A stretch of 63,860 nucleotides of DNA, filler included, from Octopus bimaculoides (GCF_001194135.2; 7 parts of 6 records of this genome joined end to end with filler, not necessarily neighbours in it), one strand, 5' to 3'. Shown: positions 24,557 through 37,004, counted from the first letter of the whole stretch. The notes: generated by a model not told the origin, from the sequence alone. A program made the numbers and translations.

Positions 24557-24602
24557 GACACCTGATGAAGGCTGGTGGGTATATCAGCCGAAACGTTGTG
24601 TT
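24557..24602 (+). ncRNA. Minimal type I hammerhead ribozyme motif with palindromic stem III (dimer type)
   Basis: gacac-CTGATGA-a-ggctg-(10 nt)-cagcc-GAAAC-GTT-gtgtt. Stem III is the palindrome AACGTT; triplet GUU. Confidence 0.78.
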
Positions 24603-24669
24603 AACAACAAACAGGATGAGGACAAATATCCATCAAATGTAAATAATGTAAATAATGTACATAATTCTT

Positions 24670-25730
24670 CATCTCTTAAATATAGAACTGTAATATTTAG
24701 TTATGCCGAATCGCAACAAGGTGGCATTAAAAAAAGTTCGTAAAAGAAAAGGAGTGAGACTATAAAATATATTTTGTGAAGTTCTGATGTAGCGCATGAT
24801 TATATTTATTCTGCAGATGCTTTCTGCCGTTATTTTATATTTCCCGAACATTCGATCAGTCAGACAAGTATGCTGGGTTATAATGAAAAACGTGCTTTAA
24901 TCCGAAATGACAGGGAACATCATTGTTGCATTGGTTAACACAGACATTGTCAATTTAGTATTTTCTTTTCGGAAAGGTAACAGAGTTTCTCTGCATGAGA
25001 TGACGATGTCGATGACCTTTCTATCACAGAGTGAATGTAAGAATATTTCTTTTTTAGTGGGGAGAGAGTGCTTATTCATTTGATTTATTAATATTTACAT
25101 TTAGCTTAAATTTCTGTTCGGTTTTCCGTGACGACTTTCTGGCTATCCAATGAGTTTTAACCCGGCAGCACTTCAAATTCCGCAAGCACAGTAGAATAGT
25201 TGAAGGAATGAGGATGGTAGATTTTGAAAGGAGTTCCCTTTTTCCTCTTTAAAATATGTCAAGGTAAAGCGAAGCTGTAATATATTCTGTTGAATATAGT
25301 TGATAGTTGCTGAAGAGGTCTTTGTATATCTTAACCGTTGCTACAATACTCCATTTTATCACTTGTTAAGGTTATCTCTACAGATTTTCAATAGAAATTA
25401 TTGCCAGCACTGATTTTGTTACGACGGTTTGTATCCGAGTACATCTAATATAAACAACAATGAGATCGAAGATGAAACTTGGATAATGAGTGTATATGCC
25501 ATATTTCATGAGTTTTGCTCCTTCATCATTACCCATCCAACCCGACTATCATCGTAACAAAACCAGTGCTGGCTATACCTTTTATAGTAAAAAGAGAATA
25601 GTATGGATAAAATAAACCTTCTAGACTTAGTGCAATGTACGAAAAGAAAACACAGGAACCGAATACAAAGCAACAACAACAAAAAAACGATAGAAATTTA
25701 CTCAAAGCACCAGCAGAAATATATTAACAA
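24670..25730 (-). pseudogene. Possible heavily decayed single-exon rhodopsin-class GPCR
   Basis: Collinear hydrophobic pieces across frames: ISAGALSKFLSFFV, FTIKGIASTGFVTMIVGL, SVLAIISIENL, NLPSSFLQLFYC, TMMFPVISD*STFFIIT, NIFYSLT. Many stops and frameshifts. Confidence 0.28.
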
Positions 25731-25954
25731 GTGAAGCTGCAGTTCTCAGAAGAGTGCGGACAGAATGTTAATGGGCAATTTTAGGTGCATGAAATTCTAG
25801 AATGAGAAGTGAAACAAGGTCAGACTTTGGCTGTGCTCGAGAACAACGTAGGTACTAGGTTCCCACTCGGTTGTGATTATGTAACCTTGAATGTCTTCTT
25901 GCTTTTTGGTTTCTAATCTAGATTATATCTCGTGTTAATTGTTGTATGTATTTA

Positions 25955-26014
<60 letters not shown>

Positions 26015-26191
26015 ATGTATGTGTCAATATATATATTATTAAATTCTTAATGCCTCTATTATGTAACGTCATCACACTTCCCCGTTTTCATATAACGTTT
26101 TATATGGACTTTTGGGCTAAATTAGAAACAATTATTGCTGTTGCTGTTGTTGCTGCTGCTATCATCATCATCATCATATTCAATATCATTA

Positions 26192-26247
<56 letters not shown>

Positions 26248-26250
<3 letters not shown>

Positions 26251-26430
26251 TAGTTTTATTTTTATAACGTGCTTTCACTTCACTACCGAGCGCAGCTCTG
26301 TGTGCCTTGGGTATGTGCTGTGGTTTGCTGTGATGCCCTTATGGTTACTGTATTGAAAGTGTTTTGCGTAGGATGTGTGCAGTGCCCAGTAGTGCAACTT
26401 TCTGTAGGCTATATATACTTGTACGTCCTA
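26248..26430 (-). mobile_element. 5'-truncated R4/Dong 3' end embedded in a (TAA)n array
   Basis: Minus strand encodes LQKLALLGTAHILRKTLSIQ*, then a short UTR and (TAA)n. TAA arrays on both sides. Confidence 0.85.
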
Positions 26431-26462
<32 letters not shown>

Positions 26463-26492
26463 CATCATCATCATCATCGTCATTATCATCAC

Positions 26493-26525
<33 letters not shown>

Positions 26526-26648
26526 CATTATTATTATTATTATTATCATTATTATTGTTCAGGCGCTGAAGTCGACTTTGCCTTTCATCGTTTCAGGGTC
26601 GTATCGGGGTCAATAGAATAAGTAACAGTTGAGCATCTATAGTAAAAC

Positions 26649-26722
<74 letters not shown>

Positions 26723-26736
26723 TATCCTCGTCATCG

Positions 26737-26768
<32 letters not shown>

Positions 26769-27078
26769 TCCATTCTTTTATTGTTATTACTTTTATTCTT
26801 ATAACGATAATAATAACTAATAAAATGACACAATACACGAGTGAAAAATGAATACTTGAAGATCATAATCATGACGAATGTATAAAATTGTAAAGTAAGA
26901 TTTTAAATATGATTATTGAAGTGATAACCAACACCTCAGATTTTTCTTTTGTCAACAGTTCATTAATTGATATTGTCGCTTGTAATAATATCTAAGCATC
27001 ATTCCGTCAATATCCACAGACAGCTCTCTCATCATGTTTTCCTTTCATTCGCCATCTTACTTTCTTTCTTACTCTCTC

Positions 27079-27130
<52 letters not shown>

Positions 27131-27325
27131 TTCTCAATATTTCCCTTTGCGCCATATTCTAGGTTTTTCTCTTGTGTTTCATTTCAGTTTTCTATTTTCG
27201 CCCCTCACTCTCAATCTTCATATTTCGACAAGCTACTTTAAAATTTCCCTATCTATCTACTCCTCTATTGCACAATATCTATGTATGACTTTCCACCTAT
27301 CGATCACTATCAAGAATAGATAGAC

Positions 27326-27376
<51 letters not shown>

Positions 27377-29171
27377 CAGATAGATAGATAGATAGACATG
27401 TAATTATATACGCAAATGTACATTCATAGATACATACATACACACATACATACATACATACATACATACCTACATACGTACATACATACATACATATATA
27501 CATACGTACATACATACATACAAACATACATACATACATACATACATACATACATACATACATACAAATATATGTGTGTGTGTGTGTGTGTGTATACACG
27601 CATGCAGAGATGCATGTACTGAAATATGTATATATGTGTGAGTGTCTAAACGTGCACATATGCACAGATGCGTATACATATATATATCTATAAATTTGTG
27701 CGTGCGTGCGCGCGTGTGCGCATGTGTTTATGTGTGTATATGGGTGCTTCTATATGTGTACTTACTAGATTCAATCTTTCGCTTTATATCTATCTTGTAT
27801 CTTGTTTCTTAAGAGGTCTTTCTTAATTTCATTCCATCGACCTATCAATATATTTATCTATCAATAGGAATGCTTGTAAATATGAGTTTATTTGTGCGTA
27901 CGTTTCTGTTGTTACGTAACACAGTAGCTATTCATGTGTATTTGTATTTAGATTTAGATTTATCTCTATCATCTTGGTATCACATTATATATATATGTTT
28001 ATATAAATGAATGTATCCGTCTATTTTTCTAAATCAAACTAACCACACACACACACACACACGCACACACACACACACNNNNNNNNNNNNNNNNNNNNNN
28101 NNNNNNNNNNNNNNNNNNNNNNNNNNNNNNNNNNNNNNNNNNNNNNNNNNNNNNNNNNNNNNNNNNNNNNNNNNNNNNNNNNNNNNNNNNNNNNNNNNNN
28201 NNNNNNNNNNNNNNNNNNNNNNNNNNNNNNNNNNNNNNNNNNNNNNNNNNNNNNNNNNNNNNNNNNNNNNNNNNNNNNNNNNNNNNNNNNNNNNNNNNNN
28301 NNNNNNNNNNNNNNNNNNNNNNNNNNNNNNNNNNNNNNNNNNNNNNNNNNNNNNNNNNNNNNNNNNNNNNNNNNNNNNNNNNNNNNNNNNNNNNNNNNNN
28401 NNNNNNNNNNNNNNNNNNNNNNNNNNNNNNNNNNNNNNNNNNNNNNNNNNNNNNNNNNNNNNNNNNNNNNNNNNNNNNNNNNNNNNNNTATGAATCAAAC
28501 TAACCATATATATGTATATACATTAACACTCATACATACATACACATGTATTCACCCTTTCTTTTCTACATATTAACACTTTTACAAAATTCTTTCAAAA
28601 TGTAAAATTAGAACAAAAATAAAACATGATAAAAATATACATTTCTACTTGTCTTTTTTAACGTGTAACAGGTAAAATTTTTATTGTCATACAGTTGTAT
28701 TGAATAAGAAGAATATTGAAAATAATATTTGAAAGAAAAATAAGAAATAAAACATTGTCTCTTTTACTAGGTTTTTTCCCCTCTTTCTTTAATTTTTAAA
28801 ATTCAATGTACTAGTATTGGTTCCATGTGTTTGTTTTTGTCCATGTACGTATACACACACACACATATGAGACATATACATGTCATATGAGAGTGTATGT
28901 GTCTCTTACCACGTCACTATTAGTGAGAGTTTAAAGGGTGGGATGGAGTTGAATTTCCCTCAGGATATGAGAATTAATAATGGTTTGGCTGGATAGTTGT
29001 TTTTTTGTGAGTTATGGTGTATGTGTCATTATGTTGTGCATTGTCTTAAAGTTTTTTTTTTAATGTCTTCTTTTTCGATTATGTCAAATTCGATAAAGCA
29101 ATCTATATATTGAAGAATTGTGATTGGTATTTATCAATGTAGTTTGGGCTAGAGTGGAGGTCTATTTATAC

Positions 29172-29220
<49 letters not shown>

Positions 29221-29429
29221 NNNNNNNNNNNNNNNNNNNNNNNNNNNNNNNNNNNNNNNNNNNNTTAATTAATTAANNNNNNNNNNNNNNNNNNNNNNNN
29301 NNNNNNNNNNNNNNNNNNNNCACCACTCCTCCCTCATTATCCCACTCCATACCTATTTTGGTCAATTTTTTTTGCTCTCCAAAACCATGGGAAGAACCTG
29401 TTTGGTAATAAAGAGAAAAAAAAAATGTT

Positions 29430-30030
29430 AATATTTTCAGAGGGAAAAGTGAGTGATCTGAGGGCAATTTGGCTGTTGTTTCCAGCACAACCAAAGACAA
29501 CCCTCCTCTCTCTTTATCACTCTCGCATGTACTGATGTTTTTCAATATTTCTCCCCATAAATACATTCATATGCTATAAAAAAGAATATTTGAGAAATTA
29601 TGAACTTTTGAAACCCCATTCTTTGCCCCTGATTGTTTCTGTTTAGAAATTAAAATATTGGAGAGCCTGAGAAGGTCACTGCTGACATTTATCCACAGTG
29701 ATTTTTAAAAAGTGTTGCATAAATGATAATTCATTTTAATAGTATAATTTTGTTAGAAAATGTTTTTCTTACACACACACACACAGAGCTTTGCTTGATT
29801 GAGGTGGGGGTAAAAATTTAGATTAAAATTTTTGTTGCTGCTTATATTCCACCAATGGATCACACATCTGTTACTTCAGCGTCATCATTCCATAAAATGC
29901 GTTTAACGGGAGAAAATTATTGAAAAAACATCAATACATGTGAGAGTGAAAAACAGAGGGTGGTTTGGGTTGTGCTAGAAACAACAGCAAAATCTCCCTT
30001 GAATTGTTCACCTTTTCCTCTGAAAATATT
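29430..30030. repeat. Diverged inverted repeat pair (29430-29555 / 29908-30030)
   Basis: aatattttcagagggaaaag...tgatgtttttcaatatttctccc vs gggagaaaattattgaaaaaacatca...ttttcctctgaaaatatt. Confidence 0.7.
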
Positions 30031-30576
30031 TACAATTTTATTTATTTATCTTTTTTTTACTGAAAAGGCTCCTCCCATAGTTTTTAAGTTAAAAGGCCAA
30101 CATCGGTCCAGCTAGTTATTATTGTAAGGATTATAGCATTCTAAACAGCCATAACAACAAAATCCTTTCTTTATTTTATTTACAAAAATTATACTGGTAT
30201 ATTAGAAAATTTTCATTCAAGAAATAATGTTTTTACACTATGTATACATTAATAGAATAAACTGTCGGTTTTCCAGATAGCGAATTAGAACTTGAAATGA
30301 AAACATTGAAATAGAGAGTGAGAGACTTTGCTAATGAAAATGAAATACTCAACAGTGAATGCAACAAATATTTCAATTTGCGAAAAATTGGAGTTCAAAA
30401 ATCGTTATTATAGGAAATTTCTTGGAACAGGAATTTATAGAAAAATTTCCAGACGGTCCAGATGGTGACCAACTGACCTTATTACACAGTGTAGTCGACA
30501 AAATCAAAAACAAACAATGCACATGGGCAAAATTAAAAGTATAAGACGGTGACAATTTACCCATCACACCCTCAGG

Positions 30577-33350
30577 ATCAGAGCTAAGTGGTTGCCTAGA
30601 AGACGACCAGTAGGGAGGACAAGGGTCTGGAAGCTTAAAGATCCTGTGAATGGACAGAGATTTAGAGACGTATTACTTGAAGCCTTTGACGAAATAGAAG
30701 GGGATATAGCTTCACACAATGTAGAAGACAACTGGAGGTTTCTACGGGACAGATCTGTGGATGGTGCAAAGTCCCTCTCGAGCCAAAATAATGTGGTGGT
30801 GGAACAATGTTGTTGACAGGGCTATGAGAGAAAAGAAACAGGCCTGGAAGGACTGGAAGAATGGTGGTAGCAGGGAATTGTATCAGACTGCTAGAAGGGA
30901 AGCTAGGAGACAGGTTTATTTAGATAGAGGGGAAGCAGATAAAAAATTTGCCAATGTTCGGTGCCGTGAGGACCAAAGACTTGAGGATTTTCGTGTTGCA
31001 AGACACTGTGTGACAGAGAATCATGATGTCATAGGAGAGAAATGTGTCCGCTTGGATGATGATTCACTTGCACTGAACGAGGCTGCAAAGAGAGAGATTT
31101 GGAGACGCCACTATGAAAGGTTGCTCAATAAAGAGAATGAATGGGAGAAAGAGAGTCTGCCGAATGTCGACCCAACAGAGGGACCAGCTATCCGAGTTGA
31201 CAGTACTATGGTAGATAAAGCAATTAAGAGTATGAAGACAAGGAAAGCTCCCGGCCCATCAGGAATCACTACAGAGATGCTCAAAATATCTGGCAGTGTT
31301 AGCTATAGCCTAGTCACCCGTATAGTTAACCAGGTGATATACAAAGGAGTCATACCCAATGACTGGTGTAGCAGCACCATAGTCAACTGCTACAAAGGTA
31401 AAGGTGACGCTTTAGATGCAAATAATTACAGAAGTATCAAGTTGTTGGATCAGGTAATGAAAGTCACAGAGAGGGTCATAGCCCAATTAATTAGGGAGAA
31501 AGTCAGTTGAGATGAGACGCAGTTTGAGTTTGTGCCAGGAAAGCGCACCACTGATGCTATATTTCTGGTAAGACAGCTGCAGGAGAAATACCTAGCCAAA
31601 GATAAACTTCTGTACCTGGCTTTCGTTGACATGGAGAAAGCCTTTGACAGGGCTCCCCAATCCCTTATCTGGTGGTCAACGAGGAAACTAGGGATAGATG
31701 AATGGTTAGTGAGAGCTGTGTGAGGAATGTACAGGGACACTGTCAGGAAGGTGAGGGTTGGCAATGAGTACAGTCATGAATTCCGGGTAGAGGTAGGGGT
31801 CTACCAAGGTTCAGTCTTCAGCACACTCCTATTTATCATAGTCCTCCAAACAATAACAGAGGAATTCAAGACAGGATGTCCCTGGGAGCTCCTCTATGCT
31901 GATGACCTTGCACTAATTGCTAAGTCATTATCAGAACTAGAGGAGATGTTTCAGGTGTGGAAGCAAGGATTAGATTTGAAGGGCCTTAGGGTCAACCTAG
32001 CTAAAACCAAAGTCCTAATAAGTAGGAAGGTAGACAAACCACAAACCCCTTCAGGTAGATGGCCCTGCTTGATCTGTAGAAAAGGCGTAGATAGAAACTC
32101 TGTAAGATGTACCCAGTGTAAGCTATGGACACATAAGAGGTGCAGCAATATCAAAGGAAGGCTAACTAGGAAGATAGTTTTCATATATGACAGATGTTCA
32201 GGAGCAATAAACACTGAAAATGTGCAGAAAACAACTACCACATTCCAAGAAGGAAAACTTGAAGTAGTTGATAGCTTCTGTTACCTAGGTGACCAAGTCA
32301 GTAGCGGGGGAGGGTGCGCTGAAAGTGTAGATGCTAAAATATGAATAACCTGGGCAAAGTTCAGAGAGGTCTTACCTCTGCCGGTGACAAGGGGCCTCTC
32401 GGTATGCTCTGATGGATGTGTAATGTTAGTGTGCATACACTAAAGTATGGAAGTACCTTGAGAGAAAAGTTGGACCTAAGAAGCATCAGTTGTGGTATGC
32501 AAGAGAGACGATTGCGCTGGTATGGTCATTTGGCGAGAATGGATGAGGATAGCTGTGTGAAGAAGTGCCACAGCCTAGCGGTTGAGGGTACCTTTGGAAG
32601 AGGTAGACCCAGGAAGACATGGGATGAGGTGGTGAAGCGCAACCTTCGAACATTGGGCTTCACTGAGGCAATGACTAGTGACTGAGACCTTTGGAAATAT
32701 GCTGTGTGTGAGAAGAACCGACAAGACAAGTGAGACCATAACACGTGGGCTTTACCAGGGGTGTAGCCGGCCCACTTATGCATACCTTTCCTTCTTTGGA
32801 CACAAAACCCTGCTTGTGAAGACCTGTTGAGACAAGTGAAATCAAACCAAATTTGACAACTGGCACCCATGCCAACCTTCCTTCATTGGACACGAAACTC
32901 TGCTTGCGAAGACCTGTTGGGGCAAGTGAAATTGAAATTGAACCAAATTCGATGACTGGCATTCGTGCCAGTGGAGCTCTAACAGCACCGTCCGAGCGGA
33001 ATCAGTGTCAGAGCAGCCACCTGGCTTCTGTGCCGGTGGCACGTAAAAAGCACCATTTGAGAGTGGTCGTTACCAACGTCACCTTACTGGCACTTGTGCC
33101 AGTGACACGTGAACAAAGCATTCGAGCTAGGTCATTGCCAGTGCCAGTACTGTCTAACTGGCCCTCTTGCCAGTGGCACGTAAAAGTGCCCACTACACTC
33201 TCGGAGTGGTTGGTGTTAGGAAGGGCATCCAGCTGTAGAAACTCTGCCAGATCAGATTGGAACCTGGAGCAGCCATCTGGTTCGCCATTCCTCAGTCAAT
33301 TCGTCCAACCCATGCTAGTATGGAAGGCGGATGTTAAACGATGATGATGA
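30577..33350 (+). mobile_element. 5'-truncated, frameshifted RTE-clade LINE with RT domain, PHD-like finger, long 3' UTR and (GAT)n tail
   Basis: RT motifs DMEKAFD, GVYQGSVFS, ELLYADD; RRLRWYGHLARM; tail gttaaacgatgatgat. Lacks about 110 bp at 32399 relative to the minus-strand copy. Confidence 0.95.
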
Positions 33351-33443
33351 TGATGATATATATATGTATATACATATGTGTGTGTATATATATATATATA
33401 TATGTATGTGTGTATATATATGTATGTTTGTGTGTGTATATAT

Positions 33444-33496
<53 letters not shown>

Positions 33497-33671
33497 TGTA
33501 TAGGTATTTGTAGCTCTATATAAGATTATATAATTATTTTCCTTTCCTTGCACTCAAATGAAGAATATCAAATATCAATTTTTCAAAATTACATATGCTA
33601 AATCATTTTATAACCTTTTATTTTTGAATTAAGATATAAACTTAATTTTTTCTAGATAAATCTATTTATAT

Positions 33672-34260
33672 ACTAGATGGTGTACCCGGTTATTCCCAGG
33701 GGTAAAGATGTTCTATTTAAACGCCTTATTACTCTGGTATAGAAAAGCAATTTCTTTATAACTGCTACAAAAGGTGTATATTCTGTCGTGAAAAAGTACA
33801 AAAAACTGTAATCTGGAGGAGGGAGAGATTGTCGGAGTTTGGCGAGAGAGATTTTTGGAGGTTGGCAAGAGAGGTTGTCGAAGGTTGGTGAGAGATTGTC
33901 AGAGGTTGTCGAGAGATTGTTGGAGGTTGTCGAGAGAGGTTTTCAGAGGTTGTCAGAGGGAGGGGGCATCTTTGCTCCAAAATTTCAGTCTATCAGGGCT
34001 TCCTGATACACAATGTTTTTGGTTTTGTCGTTGGGTGCATAGATAAATAAATTTTCTGTATTCCCAACTCTAGAGCATCCAACATAGAGCTGTCCATGAG
34101 AAAAATCAGAATTGGGACACACTTATTAAATACATTATGGAATCAAAAATTTATCTACTGTCCTCGAAAATTTCAAATTGAAATTAACGTTAGTTTAAAA
34201 TTAATGTATAAATTTTTTATTATTATTTTTAATTAATTTATAAACTTAGTTTTTGCTAAA
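33672..34260 (+). mobile_element. Helitron-like non-autonomous element with internal minisatellite
   Basis: Begins tactagatggtgtacccggttattcccaggg. Degenerate gagaggttgtc repeats at about 33860-33960. Confidence 0.4.
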
Positions 34261-34419
34261 TATATATATATCTGAATATATAAAATTGTGTATGTATGTA
34301 TCTATGATGTAACTATAAATGTAGATAAATAGGTAAACTTATGTATGTGAGTAGGTATGTATATATGCCATCTAGACCGAGGACCATGTACTGTAGTAAC
34401 TTGGAACATGAGCCCATAA

Positions 34420-34650
34420 GTTTTTAATGCCTTGTTAAAACATGAGCGATCGTCATGGAGCAGGGGTAGATGTTTTCAAGAAACAACTCGATTTCCTGGT
34501 GTCCAAGGTCACAGAGGAATCTATATCATGGCAAGAAACTAAAGAGAGCAGCTGTGTCAAACTCCCTCCTTCACCAAAAGCCAATTGCATGAGACTGGCT
34601 ACTGAAAAGTGATTGCACTGATGGTACTCCAGCAAGGCCACAGCCTTTAG
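34420..34650 (+). mobile_element. CR1/L2-like LINE 3' end
   Basis: DVFKKQLDFLVSKVTEE...QETKESSCVKLP resembles CR1-group ORF2 termini. Confidence 0.5.
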
Positions 34651-34664
34651 GCTTATATATGTAT

Positions 34665-36460
34665 ATATATCATCATCATCATTATCGGTTAACGTCCGCT
34701 TTCCATGCTAGCATGAGTTGGACGATTTGACTGAGGACTGGCGAACCAGATGGCTACACCAGGCTCCAATCTGATTTGGCAGAGTTTCTACAGCTGGATG
34801 CCCTTCCTAACGCCAACCACTCCAGGAGTGTAGTGGGTGCTTTTACGTGCCACCGGCACGAAGGCCAGTCAGGAGGTACTGGCAACGGCCTCGCTCAAAA
34901 GGCACGAGGGGCAGTCTGGCGGTACTAGCAACGCCCATGCTCAAATGGTGTTCTTTACGTGCTACCTGCACAGGAGTCAGTCCAGCGGCACTGGCAATGA
35001 CCTCGCTCGAATGTTTTATCACATGCCATTGGCACAGGTGCCAATAAGGCGACACTGGTAACGATCACGCTCAAATGGTGCTATTTACGTGCCACTGGCA
35101 CGGAAGCCAGACAGCTGCTCTGGCAATGATCATGCTTGGACAGTACTATTAGCGCTCCACTGGCACGGGTGCCAGTCATTAAATTTGGTTCAATTACGAT
35201 TTCGATTTCACTTGCCTCAACAGGTCTTTGCAAGCAGAGTTTAGTGACCAATGAAGGAAAGGTACACATAAGTGGCCTGGCTACACCCCTGGCGGAGACC
35301 ACGGATTATGGTCTAACTTGGCTTGCCGGGTCTTCTCACGCACAACATATTTCCAAACGTTTCGGTCACTAGTCATTGTCTCAGTGAGGCTTAATGTTCG
35401 AGGGTCGTGTTTCACCACCTCATCCCAGGTCTTCCGGGGTCTACTTCTTCCACAGGTTCCCTCAACCGCTAGGGTGTGGTACTATTTCACACAGCTATCC
35501 TCATCCATTCTCACCAAATGACCATACCAGCGCAATCATCTCTCTTGCACACCACAACTGATGCTTCTTAGGTCCAACTTTTCTCTCAAGGTACTTCCAT
35601 ATTGCTGAGTATGCACACTAACATTACACATCCATCAGAGCATACCGGCTTCATTTCTTGCGAGTTTACATATATCCTCAGCAGTCACGGCCCATGTTTC
35701 ACTACCATGTAGCATGGCTGTTCGTACACATGCGTCATAAAGTCTGCGTTTTACTCTGAGCGAGAGGCCCTTTGTCACTGGCAGAGGTAAGAGCTCTCTG
35801 AACTTTGCCCAGGCAATTCATATTCTAGCAGCTACACTTTCAGCACACTCTCCCCCGCTACTGACTTGGTCACCTAGGTAACGGAAGCTATCAACTACTT
35901 CTAGTTTTTCTCCCTGGAATGTGGCAGAAGTTGTTCTCTGCACATTTTCAGTGTTTATTGCTTCTGAACATCTGCCACATACAAAAACTATCTTCCTAGT
36001 TAGCCTTCCTTTGATATTGCTGCACTTCTTATGTGTCCATAGCTTACACTGGGTACATCTTATAGAGTTTCTACCTATGCCTTTTCTACAGATCGAGCAG
36101 GGCCATCTACCTGAAGGGGTTTGTGGTTTGTTTACGTCCCTACTTGTTAGGAAGGCCCTTCGATTCTAGTCCTTGCTTCCACACCTGAAACTTCTCCTCT
36201 AGTTCTGATAGTGACTCAGCAATTAGTGCAAGGTCATCAGCATAGAGGAGCTCCCAGGGGCATCCTGTCTTGAATTCTTGTGTTATTGCTTGGAGGACTA
36301 TGATAAATAGGAGGGGGAGCAGAGGACTGAACCTTGGTGGACCCCTACCTCTACCCAGAATTCGTCACTGTACTCGTTGCCAACCATCACCTTACTGACA
36401 GCATCCCTGTACATGCCTCGCACAGCTCTCATTAACCATTCATCTATCCCTAGTTTCCTC
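34665..36460 (-). mobile_element. 5'-truncated RTE-clade LINE, same family as 30577-33350
   Basis: Reverse-complement match from RKLGIDEWL through ELLYADD, an intact C4HC3 finger and the UTR, to the (GAT)n tail. Confidence 0.95.
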
Positions 36461-36592
36461 TACACCCCCTGCAGGAGCCACATGGAGCTTTAGGTGTTTT
36501 CACTCAATAAACACTCACAATGCCTGGTCTGGGAATCGAAACCACGATGCTATGACTGCGAATTCGATGCCCTAACCTGGGCCATTCTGCCA
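36461..36592 (-). mobile_element. tRNA-derived SINE head
   Basis: Minus-strand B-box ggtttcgattccc followed by gtgagtgtttattgagtgaaaacaccta. Confidence 0.55.
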
Positions 36593-37004
36593 CCACACAC
36601 ACACACACATATATATATATATAAACAATAGATTAATTAGAGAGATTCAATTGACAATCTAATAATTTATTTATATTAGAATATAACATAATATACTAGG
36701 AATATAATATAACATAAAAAAATTTAAAAAACCAAAAAAAGCCAAAAATTTGTTTTGACTTATACATCATATCCATTTATATAAGTCTCTTCAGAAATTT
36801 GGTTCAAAAGACAGACAAAATTCTGTGTGAAAGGATGGCTAGATAACAAAAAAAACTTATTCAAATGCCTATGTTTACCATGGACAATAAATGTTAAATG
36901 ATGATGATGCTGACAATACATATATAAATATATGTATATAATCTTACTTAAATATCAGAATATTAATCAATGTTTTACCTCTAATGATAAATTTTTATAC
37001 TTAC

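Larger units (their letters stand above)
23461..24690. mobile_element. Head-to-head dimer of a tRNA-head/(AAT)n/hammerhead element
   Basis: Left unit (minus, 23461-23700) and right unit (plus, 23696-24690) share tRNA-like head, AAT array, cttagggatgag...ccccaagaca, hammerhead, and gtaaataatgtaaataa tail. Confidence 0.8.

Noticed and set aside
30277-30544. Exon-like ORF (DSELELEMK..., GNFLEQEFIEKFPDGPDGDQ...)
   Set aside because: In-frame TAG stops, and no resemblance to dynein or any protein I recognise.
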